A stretch of DNA of 64,000 nt from a bacterium (lineage in GTDB: Bacteria > Zixibacteria > MSB-5A5 > GN15 > FEB-12). Below the pieces are notes generated by a model, which ran no database searches, had not been told where the DNA came from, and was given only the letters and a program-made list of their open reading frames with translations. Position 1 is the stretch's first letter. Every line of letters starts with the position of its first letter. Location of the stretch: contig JBDRNJ010000057.1 in NCBI GenBank assembly GCA_043811375.1, positions 1 through 64,000 on the forward strand. Reading direction: 5' to 3'. Position numbers and translations under genes: made by a program. Positions 1 through 11,656 of the stretch are shown here, piece after piece.

Positions 1-97
1 GCTGCCGCGATTTGCCGGATCGAGCACCCAGCGGTACGTAAACGGGCAATCTCGCATCGCTCTTCAATGTTGATCTGAGCATATCTTTGTTCCATAA

Positions 98-118
98 CAA
101 CACCTTAATAAGGTGTTG
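98..118. promoter_or_regulatory. Perfect 10-bp inverted repeat (CAACACCTTA-A-TAAGGTGTTG), possible operator upstream of the fibre gene
   Basis: Seen directly. The 1-nt spacer fits a dimeric DNA-binding site better than an RNA hairpin. Confidence 0.4.
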
Positions 119-154
119 CACTTCGTTTGTGAAGCTAGGGAATCCAGGCCTCTG

Positions 155-180
155 CCGGAATCACAGGGGTTCCGATCTAC
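155..180 (-). repeat. GTAG-type REP-like palindrome, copy 1
   Basis: Minus strand GTAG-ATCGGAACCCCTGTGATTCCGG. A near-identical core (CGGAA[T/C]CACAGGGGTTCCGA) recurs at 18142-18161. Confidence 0.55.
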
Positions 181-278
181 CAGACTGTGCATCATGGCAG
201 GGTGCGCGGCGACGTGGCAATCTCATCGGCAACAATCAGAAAAAACCATACTATCAAACCAACAGAAGGAGTAACACC

Positions 279-2432
279 ATGACACGTATGGTAACACTCA
301 CAGTAACACTCATCGTCGCACTGCTGGCGCTGGTCTCGCTGGCCACTGCCGACGTACCGCAGATGATTAACTACCAGGGCAGACTGACCGATGGCGGCGG
401 CCCGGTCGCGGCGACTGTGGCCATGACATTCACTATTTACGATGCTTCATCCAGCGGCAACTCGAAATGGACAGAGCTTCATCCGTCGGTCGATGTTGTC
501 GACGGCCTGTTTAATGTCATTTTAGGTGATGGCACCCCGGCAGTGCCGATTGAAGACACCGTCTTCTCGGGTGCTGACCGTTGGCTGGAGATAATTGTCG
601 GTGGAGAGACAATAGCACCTCGCTCCAAGCTGGCCTCTAATCCGTATGCCTTTCAGAGCAATTGGACTCTGGTTGGTGAAGTCTTGTACACCAGCGGCGA
701 GTGGGGTATTGCTCGCGGTGGAGCAGATAACATGCTTTACGGTGATTTTGCCAATCGTCACATCAATCTTGGCAGAGCCTGTACAACCGGAACAGACGGG
801 TCTCATGATCAAGATGTGACTGTCAGCGGAGGACATCGGAACTTAGCCAGCGGTGGTGGTAGCACCGTCGGCGGCGGGTCATACAACCAGGCCACCGGCG
901 TCTCCAGCACTGTCAGCGGCGGGGATAGGAATCAAGCCAACGGCGAGGAGGCCACTATTAGCGGCGGGTATTTCAACCGGGCTACCGGGGATTGGACCAC
1001 AATCAGTGGAGGATATGACAACCAGGTTACCTTCAAATTCTGCACGATCGGCGGCGGAGCAAGTAACATAGCAGGAGGGAGCACATGGGGCCGCTCCACC
1101 ATCGCCGGCGGGTATTCCAACAAGGCCACCAAAGACTGCTCCACAGTAGGTGGAGGATACTACAATTGGGCGACTGGTCCTTATAGCACCATTCCTGGCG
1201 GCCGTAACAACGAGGCCACCGGCAATTATAGCTTTGCGGCCGGCCACAGAGCCAAGGCGATTAACGATGGTGCTTTTGTCTGGGCCGACCAAACTGATGC
1301 TGATTTTTCCTCCACTGCCAGCGACCAGTTCCTGATTCGTGCGTCCGGTGGGGTGGGTATCGGCACCAATACCCCCGCAACCGAGCTTGATGTCAATGGC
1401 GACGTGACCGCCACAACTTACTACGGTGATGGTTCTTACCTGACCGGGATTGCCGGTGGAGGTAATTGGTCAGTAACAGACTCAGTGCTTTATACCGACC
1501 AAAGCTGGGGAATAGCCAAGGGTGGGGTTGGGAATGTGTTGTACGGAAACAACACCTTTTCGCATATCAATCTTGGTAGAGCCTGCACAACCGGAACAGA
1601 CGGGAGTAGTAAGAGTAATTGTGCCGTCGGTGGAGGAGAAAGTAACACCGCCAGCAACGATTTCAGCACTGTCGGCGGTGGGGCTCAAAATACTGCCGCC
1701 GGCTCATCCAGCACTGTCGCCGGCGGATTCCACAACACTGCCAGCGGTTATAAAAGTACTGTCGGCGGTGGATCTGACAACGAAGCCAATGGTTATTGTA
1801 GCGTCGCACCCGGTGGCAGAGACAATGTCGCTGACAGCTCCTACACATTTGCTGCGGGACGGCGAGCCAAAGCTATCCACGACGGTGCTTTTGTCTGGGG
1901 TGGTCAAACTGATTCCGATTTTAATTCGCAACGGTCGGAACAGTTCCGGGTACGCGCTGGTGGCGGAGCCCGTTTTGATGTCAACAACGGAAGATGGCTC
2001 CAGATATACGATGACGGCGTTGATGTCATTACTACTTCGATGGGAGCTCATCTCACCGTTGGTGGTGTATGGACTAACGCCTCCGACAGGAATCTCAAAG
2101 AAAACTTTTCACCTGTTGATAGCAGGGAGATTCTAGAGAAGATCGTACAGTTACCAATCACACAGTGGAATTACAGGAGTGAAAACGACAACATCACTCA
2201 CATTGGACCCATTGCGCAAGATTTCCATGAACTCTTCGGTGTTGGTGGTGATGACAAGTCAATATCCACCATCGATCCGGCTGGCATATCCCTTGTAGCG
2301 ATCCAGGAACTGGCCAAGCAGAACCAGGAGATGCGACAACGTATAGACCAACTTGAGGCTCTTGTTGAGACAGTTCTGGCTCAGCAGAAAGATACAAATG
2401 GTGGTAGTGAAGAATTGGCCAACAGCAAGTAA
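279..2432 (+). CDS. Secreted tail-fibre/adhesin-like protein with GGxxNxA beta-helical repeats and a C-terminal peptidase S74 (intramolecular chaperone) domain
   Basis: ATG 279 after AAGGAG. Signal peptide then VPQMINYQGRLTD; many 14-aa S-T-V-G-G-G-x-x-N-x-A repeats; SDRNLKENF...WNY...HIGPIAQDF S74 motif and coiled coil. Confidence 0.85.
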   Translation: MTRMVTLTVTLIVALLALVSLATADVPQMINYQGRLTDGGGPVAATVAMTFTIYDASSSGNSKWTELHPSVDVVDGLFNVILGDGTPAVPIEDTVFSGADRWLEIIVGGETIAPRSKLASNPYAFQSNWTLVGEVLYTSGEWGIARGGADNMLYGDFANRHINLGRACTTGTDGSHDQDVTVSGGHRNLASGGGSTVGGGSYNQATGVSSTVSGGDRNQANGEEATISGGYFNRATGDWTTISGGYDNQVTFKFCTIGGGASNIAGGSTWGRSTIAGGYSNKATKDCSTVGGGYYNWATGPYSTIPGGRNNEATGNYSFAAGHRAKAINDGAFVWADQTDADFSSTASDQFLIRASGGVGIGTNTPATELDVNGDVTATTYYGDGSYLTGIAGGGNWSVTDSVLYTDQSWGIAKGGVGNVLYGNNTFSHINLGRACTTGTDGSSKSNCAVGGGESNTASNDFSTVGGGAQNTAAGSSSTVAGGFHNTASGYKSTVGGGSDNEANGYCSVAPGGRDNVADSSYTFAAGRRAKAIHDGAFVWGGQTDSDFNSQRSEQFRVRAGGGARFDVNNGRWLQIYDDGVDVITTSMGAHLTVGGVWTNASDRNLKENFSPVDSREILEKIVQLPITQWNYRSENDNITHIGPIAQDFHELFGVGGDDKSISTIDPAGISLVAIQELAKQNQEMRQRIDQLEALVETVLAQQKDTNGGSEELANSK

Positions 2433-2452
2433 CGGCGAAGGAGGATTCGATA

Positions 2453-2929
2453 ATGAATAGAATCAACACTCTGATTGCCCTGGCGATACTGCTGTTGTTT
2501 GCTGTCAGTTTTGCTACCGGGGAGAAGGAAGGCGCACCCGCCGAACCGGCCGCTGGCGAAGAGATCAACTGGCAGGTGATATCATCCGGCGGTACGAAAG
2601 GTAGTTCGGCAACCTACGGACTGGAGGGAACCGTTGGTCAGGCAGTTGTAGGCGAGGGCAATTCCGCCACCTACGGCCTTAGCCACGGCTTCTGGCAGCA
2701 GTTCGTGACGATTCCGAACGAGTGCATCATTCGTGGTGATGTCGACCACAGTGGTGCTATCGATGTCGGCGATCTGACCTGGCTGGTGGCGTATCTCTTT
2801 CAGGGTGGCCCGCCCCCGCCATTTCTGGAAGAAGGCGACGTTGACGGCACTGGCGCTATTGATGTTGGCGACCTGACCTGGCTGGTCGCCTATCTGTTCC
2901 AGGGCGGTCCCGCACCACCGCCGTGTTAG
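2453..2929 (+). CDS. Secreted protein with a C-terminal dockerin type I domain
   Basis: Signal peptide; WQVISSGG...GTVGQ...GFWQ segment; two GDVDxxGAIDVGDLTWLVAYLFQGGP repeats. Confidence 0.88.
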   Translation: MNRINTLIALAILLLFAVSFATGEKEGAPAEPAAGEEINWQVISSGGTKGSSATYGLEGTVGQAVVGEGNSATYGLSHGFWQQFVTIPNECIIRGDVDHSGAIDVGDLTWLVAYLFQGGPPPPFLEEGDVDGTGAIDVGDLTWLVAYLFQGGPAPPPC

Positions 2930-2975
2930 GTGACAAGTCACTTATACCTGACGCCTTTTGACCATGAAAATGTGA

Positions 2976-2999
2976 CCGGGTGATCTTCGGATCACCCGG
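2976..2999. terminator. Stable hairpin (C-UUCG-G tetraloop) between convergent genes
   Basis: CCGGGTGATC-TTCG-GATCACCCGG, with no strong U tract. Confidence 0.5.
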
Positions 3000-3081
3000 C
3001 TGATAACAAAACCACACCTTTAGCAACAATTATTGCATATGTGGTCTCGATCTTTGATCGTGGGAGTAAGGGGCGCAGTCC

Positions 3082-3801
3082 CTAATCTTCAAACAGCTTG
3101 ACATCGCCAATGAAATTGTTGGCCGCGATATAGAGTTTGGATTGAGAGCTGTCGTAGTCGGATGACTGATTCTCGACGGTGTTGCTTAATCCGCCGGCCT
3201 GTTGTCCGCAGGCATTGATGTCGCCAATAAAGTTGGAGCAATGGATGTGATAGGGTATGTCACCCGGGATGAAGATACGAATATCGCCGATAAAGCCGGA
3301 TATTATGATACGATTCAGCCCCGAAGCCAGTTGACCGCCATGCAGCCGTATGTCAATATCACCGATACCGGACGATATCTCGATATTTTCCAGACTGACC
3401 CCGCGGCAATCGACAAACAAATCACCCAGAGCCTTGCTATACTTGATTCCCCTGCTGTGACTGTCGGTCTGCGGAGAAGCCGGCTGTTGGTCACCCACGC
3501 CGCTTGATTTGCCGGCAGTTTCCTGGAAGCCACCCGGTCGGACCGTTTCGGTGCTCTGTTGTCGCTGCCGGTCGGTGGCGGCGGTAGTTGCGGAAGAACC
3601 GGATTCCATCTGAACCCGGAGCCTGTCTTCTTGCTGCTTCTTGCGCACGATCATCCAGATTCCGGCAACAATAAAGGCCAGCGGGAGGAGTATCCGCATT
3701 AGGTCGCCGATACCGAAATAAAACAGATCCAGCGAGCGACCCAGAAGGAGCACTCCAATCAGCACCAGCACCAAGCCAAAAACTATTTTTCTGTGACCCA
3801 T
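3082..3801 (-). CDS. LiaF-like cell-envelope stress response membrane protein (DUF2154-like C-terminus)
   Basis: Two N-terminal TM segments; C-terminal repeats of the GDIDI/GDIRI/GDVK type. Confidence 0.75.
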   Translation of the reverse strand: MGHRKIVFGLVLVLIGVLLLGRSLDLFYFGIGDLMRILLPLAFIVAGIWMIVRKKQQEDRLRVQMESGSSATTAATDRQRQQSTETVRPGGFQETAGKSSGVGDQQPASPQTDSHSRGIKYSKALGDLFVDCRGVSLENIEISSGIGDIDIRLHGGQLASGLNRIIISGFIGDIRIFIPGDIPYHIHCSNFIGDINACGQQAGGLSNTVENQSSDYDSSQSKLYIAANNFIGDVKLFED

Positions 3802-3838
3802 AATTTTTGTCGTCCGAACATAAATGCTCTTTTCTCAA

Positions 3839-3863
3839 TACGTAATATGTCGACTTTGGTTGC
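3839..3863 (-). promoter_or_regulatory. ECF sigma (SigW/SigV-like) promoter GCAAC-N16-CGTA
   Basis: Minus strand GCAAC caaagtcgacatatta CGTA, about 40 nt upstream of the liaF-like start. The same architecture occurs before pspC. Confidence 0.6.
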
Positions 3864-4141
3864 CTCCGACAAGAGATTCCTGGTCGAAATCCGGTCTAAT
3901 TGATTGTGCGTCAACATAGAATGACTCCCCGACTGCCTCCGGCTGATGGGTTGCCCGGACACTGTCGGTTGTTTTTAGGACGAAAAAAATAATCGCCGAG
4001 AACCGACATCATCCTCGCCTGCCCTCTGTCCGGCATCGAAGTATCGTCGAGCCGATCTCTCATCTTGACAACGTTGGCCCGGCCATCTTAATTCCACGAA
4101 GTTTTGACCGGTAATAACCTCAATTATACTCAGGAGGACCA

Positions 4142-5044
4142 ATGCCCAGATCATTGTGTCAGATAACCGATCTCTCAGCAGAGGAGTTGGGAAAGGTTTT
4201 CGAACTTTGTTCCAAAATGAAAAAAGGGGAAATTGCACCGCGCCCGCTGGAGGGTAAGTCGGTCGCCTGCATTTTCACCAAGCCGTCATTGCGGACCCGG
4301 GTCTCGTTCGAAGTCGGTATCAACCAGTTGGGCGGCCATGCGGTCTATATTACCGACAACGAAATCAAGCTCGGTCAGCGGGAGAGCGTGGCCGACGCCG
4401 CACAGGTGCTGTCACGCTACCTGGGGTTGATCATGATTCGGACTTTCAAGCAGTCAGATGTCGAAGAGCTGGCCCGGTTTGCTTCGGTTCCGGTCGTAAA
4501 CGGTTTGACTGATCTGGTCCATCCCTGCCAGATTCTGGGCGACTACTTTACCATGCTGGAGCACCTTCCCCGAAAGGATCGCTACACCGTGGCCTATGTT
4601 GGCGATGCCAACAATATCACCAACAGCTGGCTCAACTTAGCCTCGCTGATACCGCTGGACTTTCGGATCGGCACCCTCGCTGACTGTCGGGTTGATGAAC
4701 AGATACTGGCCCGCGCCGAGGCCAATTCCGATAGTTCAGTAATGAAGACCGATGATCCTAAAGAAGCCGTTGCCAATGCCGATGTAGTCTATACGGATGT
4801 TTGGGCCTCTATGGGGCAAAAGCATCTGGCAGAAGAAAAGGCAAATAAGCTGAAGAAATATCAATTGAACAGGACGCTACTGGCCGCAGCCAGTCCTAAC
4901 GCTATTGTGATGCACTGTTTACCTGCCGAGAGGGGTCGTGAGATTACCGATGCCGTCATGGACGGCCCGCAATCTGTCGTCTTCGATCAGGCAGAAAACA
5001 GACTGCACATCCAGAAGGCGATCATGACATTCCTCCTGCAGTGA
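4142..5044 (+). CDS. argF: Ornithine carbamoyltransferase
   Basis: KPSLRTR, HPCQ, DVWASMG and HCLP motifs. Confidence 0.95.
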   Translation: MPRSLCQITDLSAEELGKVFELCSKMKKGEIAPRPLEGKSVACIFTKPSLRTRVSFEVGINQLGGHAVYITDNEIKLGQRESVADAAQVLSRYLGLIMIRTFKQSDVEELARFASVPVVNGLTDLVHPCQILGDYFTMLEHLPRKDRYTVAYVGDANNITNSWLNLASLIPLDFRIGTLADCRVDEQILARAEANSDSSVMKTDDPKEAVANADVVYTDVWASMGQKHLAEEKANKLKKYQLNRTLLAAASPNAIVMHCLPAERGREITDAVMDGPQSVVFDQAENRLHIQKAIMTFLLQ

Positions 5045-5104
5045 GGATTGAGTGAAGGGACCGGCAGCCCGGCAGCGGCTGTGATTCAGGAAAGGAGATC
5101 CATA

Positions 5105-5965
5105 ATGCGCTGGGATAAGGTTGCTTTTGCTCTGGCTGGTTCGCTCCTGGTCGGCTTGCTGGTTTTCTTTGCCGGCTGCGGTTCCGATGACAACACTACT
5201 ACCGGCAGCTCCGTTGATTACAACAATCCGGAGTTCTTGCTGGTCCAGCAGAAAGTTAACGATTTTGTTGACTCCACTCTCAACAACCTCGAGAGCGGAC
5301 TGGAGAACATTTATCAACTGGCTACGGATACTACTATCGACCCCGTTCAGTATGGTTCTCACCCGCCTGACTACGACTCCACCAGGGACAGCGCCAGCGC
5401 CACATACGCTGACGGCTGGCACGTAGTCTATTTTGCTATCCACCGTAACGAGTACGATGCCCACCTGAGGGATTCCATTCGTTTTGTCAAAGCTGGTGTC
5501 CCGCAACAGGTGGCCAGCGGCCTGGACAGCTTGTTGTACAAACGTTTCTGGAGCTACGACGAGACCGATACCACCGTCACCTGCCTTTCGTGCCTGGGTA
5601 ATGCCGGATACTATTTCGGCGGGCTGGATACCGACCAGGCCACGATTTCGGGAAGCGACAGCTGGCAGGTACACTCCAAATTCGTTTCACCGGATTCCAC
5701 CGTCTGGCGTGATATCAGTTTGAACGCCACTGCTGCCGATATCAAGGTCAACAAGTCTATGATCGGCTGGGATCAGGGTTGCCCGGTAAGAGGCTCAATT
5801 TCTGCATCGATACAAATGATCTACCAGAAGGATTCTGCCGTGCCCGATACGTCCAACTGGACTATTGATCTGGGGTTTGTCGGCGGCAGTATGTCGGCGA
5901 TCGTTAACGATGGTTCCTGTGTCTGGACGTATAATACCCAGTTGTGTTCACCGCCGACAAACTGA
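5105..5965 (+). CDS. Hypothetical lipoprotein
   Basis: ATG 5105 after AGGAG; hydrophobic signal ending FAGC (lipobox). Confidence 0.75.
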   Translation: MRWDKVAFALAGSLLVGLLVFFAGCGSDDNTTTGSSVDYNNPEFLLVQQKVNDFVDSTLNNLESGLENIYQLATDTTIDPVQYGSHPPDYDSTRDSASATYADGWHVVYFAIHRNEYDAHLRDSIRFVKAGVPQQVASGLDSLLYKRFWSYDETDTTVTCLSCLGNAGYYFGGLDTDQATISGSDSWQVHSKFVSPDSTVWRDISLNATAADIKVNKSMIGWDQGCPVRGSISASIQMIYQKDSAVPDTSNWTIDLGFVGGSMSAIVNDGSCVWTYNTQLCSPPTN

Positions 5966-5988
5966 TTTCAGAATACACACAGCTTCTT

Positions 5989-6019
5989 AAAAGACCCGGT
6001 AATTACCGGGTCTTTTTTT
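5989..6019 (+). terminator. Rho-independent terminator
   Basis: AAAAGACCCGGT-AATT-ACCGGGTCTTTT followed by a T tract. Confidence 0.85.
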
Positions 6020-6210
6020 GTTCTATCTCAGTTATTGCCTCTTGCGGCTGTTTTGGCAGTTCTGTTCATCCGGTTACAGTATTATTGAAACCAGATTGCC
6101 GGAAATTGCCGGGTACACCCCATAACATCCATTAACCGCCTGCTATTCAATCAATTAAAAAGGTGCGACTACTCTAACCGAGCGGCACCGGGCTTGCTTT
6201 GTCTGTTGGT

Positions 6211-6723
6211 ATGAAAAAACCTGATTGGCCGATTAAGGGTTACACGGCTGCTTTTCACAATCATTCTATCGACCTCGCCCTTGAGCACAGGGGGTTTACT
6301 AAGGGAATGATTGTCTTTGCAGTGCCGGATTTCGGAGTGCTATTCCGGTGTCGGGCGCAGGGTTCGGTAATAGACCTGGAGTTTGGAGCCTTTTTTGCCC
6401 TGCTGAGATTCGTCAAAACCCGCTTCTCTGATGTCAATGTTGGGCCCCTGCAAGTATTTTCCTCCAACCCGGAGTTTGTTTTTTCATTTACGGGCAAATC
6501 CCGCCATCTGACACAGCAGGACGAGCGGGTACGTTTGCTGGCCGAATACAGCAAGCATTTCAAGCTCTCGGTGGTGTTTGTGGAAGCGATCGAGAACAAG
6601 GCACTGGTGTCTCCGGCTGATTACCCGTCGCTGCCGCGTGGTGCTGAGATTAATCTTAGACCCACCAAAGAAGACTTTGAAAAGAGCGCTTTCCGTCCTT
6701 TCCAGAAGGGGCTGGTACTTTAA
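6211..6723 (+). CDS. Hypothetical protein, possibly a degenerate RNase H-like fold
   Basis: Pattern DLEFGAFFALL...LQVFSSN...VVFVEAIENKA parallels RNase HI motifs, but the catalytic aspartates are missing. Confidence 0.55.
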   Translation: MKKPDWPIKGYTAAFHNHSIDLALEHRGFTKGMIVFAVPDFGVLFRCRAQGSVIDLEFGAFFALLRFVKTRFSDVNVGPLQVFSSNPEFVFSFTGKSRHLTQQDERVRLLAEYSKHFKLSVVFVEAIENKALVSPADYPSLPRGAEINLRPTKEDFEKSAFRPFQKGLVL

Positions 6724-6891
6724 CCTGCCTGACCCCCTTGAAAGAGATGATATTCCCACATATCCGGTTATGGTGGTATTGCTGTTAACGTAAAGTTATT
6801 ACGCGCGGTCAGGAATCCTTTCCTGACAGTACCATGTGCAAGCCGTCACGAATGGATTCGCGACGGTGTAAGAAAAACACACGTCAGATAA

Positions 6892-6965
6892 CACCCCCGA
6901 CTTCGTCGCTCACCCCGACTTTGTCGCTCACCCCGACTTTGTCGGTTCACCCCGACTTTGTCGGC
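6892..6965. repeat. Four tandem 18-19 bp units CACCCCGACTTTGTCG(C/G)N, each with an internal CGAC-TTT-GTCG mini-hairpin
   Basis: Seen directly in the intergenic region between convergent genes. Confidence 0.85.
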
Positions 6966-7023
6966 GGCGAGACCTAACTAAACATTACTATGACACAACA
7001 TCCGGGGAGGCTTCCTGCTGCCG

Positions 7024-8336
7024 CTAAACCTCAAAGACCACTCGTCCGCCAAGGATAGTACGGAACACTTTACCGGACAGTTTCATGCCGATAAAGGCTG
7101 AGTTCCGCGACCGGGAGTGGAAGCGATCGGCACGAACATTCCAACTATGATCGGGGTCGACAATAGTGATATCGGCCGGGGCACCAACAGCAAGTGTCCC
7201 ACCCGGAAGGTTGAGAATGCGTGCCGGGTTGACGGTCATTTTCTTGACGGCGTCGGCCCAGTTCAGGTACCCGCGATCAACGATGAATTTCTTGATCAGG
7301 CCCAGCGTGGTTTCAAGTCCGATGGTGCCGGGAGGAGCCCGGTCGAACTCGCAGTCCTTTTCTTCGGCAGAGTGCGGAGCATGGTCGGAGGCGATACAGT
7401 CAATGGTGCCGTCCACCAGCCCTTCGATCAGGGCTTCCTGGTCTTCCCTGGTTCGGAGAGGTGGATTCACTCTCAGGTTGGTGTTAAACGCCTTACCGAT
7501 TTCTTCGTCGGTAAGAACCAGGTGGTGCGGGGTAACTTCAGCGGTTATCCGGACACCTTCCTGCTTGGCCTGGCGGATAGCGGCCACCGCCCCCCGGGTG
7601 GAGATGTGCTGGAAGTGAAGGCGAGCGCCGGTTATTCGGCAAAGCGTAATGTCACGCAGGACGGCGATCTCCTCGGCCACTGCCGGGGCGCCTTTCAAAC
7701 CCAGCCGGGTAGACTGGTAGGATTCATTCATCACTGCTCCGGCGCATAGATACTGATCTTCGGCGTGCTGCATCACCGGGATGTCAAACATCCGCGAGTA
7801 CTCCAGTGCCCGGCGCATGATCTCGGGGTTTTGCACGTAGTTGCCGTCGTCGGTTATGGCTACCGCGCCCATCTTGACCAGGTCGCCGATTTCGGCCAGT
7901 TCCTTACCGGCAATATCCTTGGTGATGGCACCGACGACATAGACGTGTGCATCGGCATCCTGGCCGCGGTCCTGCACAAACTTGACAGTTTCCTGGTTGT
8001 CGATCCGGGGGGTGGTGTTGGGCATACAGCAGACGGATGTAAACCCGCCGGCCGCTGCCGCCCGGCAACCGGAGGCGACGGTTTCTTCATCTTCGCGGCC
8101 GGGTTCCCGCAGGTGTACGTGCATGTCAATCAGCCCGGGGATCACGATTTTCCCGGTGGCATCGATTATCAGTGAGGCATCGATCCCGGCCGGTTTCTTG
8201 CGGCCGGTTTTGGGTTGGGCGGTAATCTCGGCGATAACGCCGTTTTTGATAAAGACGTCAGCATCGATACCGAATCCCAGGGCCGGATCAATGACATGAC
8301 CGCCCCTGACTACCAGTTGCAGTCGGCTATCGTCCG

Positions 8337-8340
<4 letters not shown>
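7024..8340 (-). CDS. pyrC: Dihydroorotase
   Basis: DMHVHLREPG, CMPNT, VNPPLR and SDHAPH motifs; adjacent to pyrB. Confidence 0.95.
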
Positions 8341-9966
<1,626 letters not shown>

Positions 9967-10080
9967 TAGCCGGTTTGTCACCTGTCGGCGAGTGACGATG
10001 ATTTCACCGGTGGCCTACTGAGGGACAATGATAGTCGATCTGAACCGATAGTCAAGTACTATCGGGCCGAAAAGAGTTCT

Positions 10081-11589
10081 CTACGTCACCATATTCAGGT
10101 GGTGATCCGAAGGAGGTGACACTACTCCGACCCAGGTTTTATCACAGAAAAACTCGTCCGTCGATAGCCGGCTCCACCGAGAGTCATTGGTCAGAATGAT
10201 CACTTTGTCGGTTAATAACTTAATGATATCACCATCGTGGGAAATAATAATCAGCCCGACTCCCCGCTCTTTGAGAACCCGCCCCAGCCTGATGAAGCGG
10301 CCTACTCCCTCCTGGTCCAGAGCGCAGGTCGGTTCATCGAAAACCACCACCCGGGGAAACATCGAAAGCACCGCCGCAAAGGCCAGCCGCCGTTTTTCAC
10401 CTCCCGAAAGGATGAAGGGGTCTTTCCCTCGGAAGGCTGTCGGTTGCAGGCCAACCATGGCTAACAGGGCATCGACATGAGTCTGGTCGACCTGTTGATG
10501 CAGGTTTTTGGGTCCGAAGGCAACTTCCTCTGAACAAGACGGCAGAAAGAACTGCCGCTCCGGTTGCTGAAAAACCGCTGACACCTGACCGATAGTCTGC
10601 TCCGGAGGTATCGGTTGCCGGTGGTCGTCGATGTATTCAATCGAACCGGAGTCAGGCTTGAGCAACCCACACAACAGTAATCCCAGGCTGCTCTTGCCGG
10701 AACCGGACGGTCCCACCAGACCGATTGCCTCTCCCGCCTGAAGGTCGAAGCTGATGTTCCTCAACACATCGGACGCTGCGCCCGGATAGCGCAAACAGAC
10801 CCGGCGCAGCACCAGCCCGGACAGGATTACCGGCGGTTCGGCCTGTGGGTGAGACAGTTGGGGGGGGATGGCTATCTGACGGTGGTCGTTCAATGAAAAC
10901 AAAAGCCCGGTCCTCAGGCAGAGGTCCAGGTCCCGGAATATCTCATCAGGTACCCCATCGGCTGCAATAGTTCCGGCATCGAGGACAACCAGGCGGCGAT
11001 AACGTCGGGCCATAGAGGGGTATTGAGTAATGTGAATCTGGATCATAGAACGGTTTTCCGTCCGCAGCTTCTTAAGCTCTCTTTCCAGGTCGGCTTTTCC
11101 GCTCTCATCGAGGAATGAATCCGGCTCATCCAGTACCAGCACCGGCGGTCGGCAGACCATAACTCCGGCCAGAGCCACCCGCTGTTTTTCACCGCCGGAC
11201 AATTCACCGGTCAGTCGCGTTCGCAGGTGTGAGATTGAGAATCTTTCGAGTGTTTCGTCGACCAGTTGTTCCATTTCGGGTGGCGGTACTCCGAGATTCT
11301 CCAGCGCAAAGGCGATTTCCTTCTCGACGGTAACCGAAACTATCTGGTTGTCGGGATTTTGAAAGAGAATGCCCACCGGCAGCGGCGAACGGCTGTCGAC
11401 ATCGATCTTCAGACGCCCCTGCCTGACTTCCAGCAGCCCGGCAATTATCCGGGCCAGGGTGGATTTGCCGGAACCGTTGGCGCCCATGATGCAGACCGAC
11501 TCGCCGTCCCTGATCTCCAGACTCAGGTTGCGCAGCACCGGGGGGCCATCGTCCCGATAACGGCAGGTGACCTCTTCAAAGCGTATCAT
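10081..11589 (-). CDS. Fused tandem ABC ATPase of the ECF transporter (EcfA-EcfA') type
   Basis: Two Walker A motifs (GANGSGKS, GPSGSGKS); FQNPDNQ; two LSGGEK signatures. Confidence 0.88.
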   Translation of the reverse strand: MIRFEEVTCRYRDDGPPVLRNLSLEIRDGESVCIMGANGSGKSTLARIIAGLLEVRQGRLKIDVDSRSPLPVGILFQNPDNQIVSVTVEKEIAFALENLGVPPPEMEQLVDETLERFSISHLRTRLTGELSGGEKQRVALAGVMVCRPPVLVLDEPDSFLDESGKADLERELKKLRTENRSMIQIHITQYPSMARRYRRLVVLDAGTIAADGVPDEIFRDLDLCLRTGLLFSLNDHRQIAIPPQLSHPQAEPPVILSGLVLRRVCLRYPGAASDVLRNISFDLQAGEAIGLVGPSGSGKSSLGLLLCGLLKPDSGSIEYIDDHRQPIPPEQTIGQVSAVFQQPERQFFLPSCSEEVAFGPKNLHQQVDQTHVDALLAMVGLQPTAFRGKDPFILSGGEKRRLAFAAVLSMFPRVVVFDEPTCALDQEGVGRFIRLGRVLKERGVGLIIISHDGDIIKLLTDKVIILTNDSRWSRLSTDEFFCDKTWVGVVSPPSDHHLNMVT

Positions 11590-11656
11590 ACAACAGAAAA
11601 CAGCCCCCCCCAGCAACAGGGCAGGGGTGTCGGTAGTAAACCATCAGGATTATCGC

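Noticed and set aside
105..200. Cobalamin riboswitch (AGGGAA motif)
   Set aside because: The downstream GCCACTG and B12-box elements are not present.
87..278. N-terminal extension of the fibre ORF
   Set aside because: The RBS and signal peptide point to ATG 279.
4142..5044. N-acetyl/succinyl-ornithine carbamoyltransferase (SLRT motif)
   Set aside because: The DxxxSMG ornithine-binding loop is intact, as in ordinary OTCase.
6892..6965. CRISPR array
   Set aside because: The units abut with no unique spacers, are too short, and no cas genes are present.
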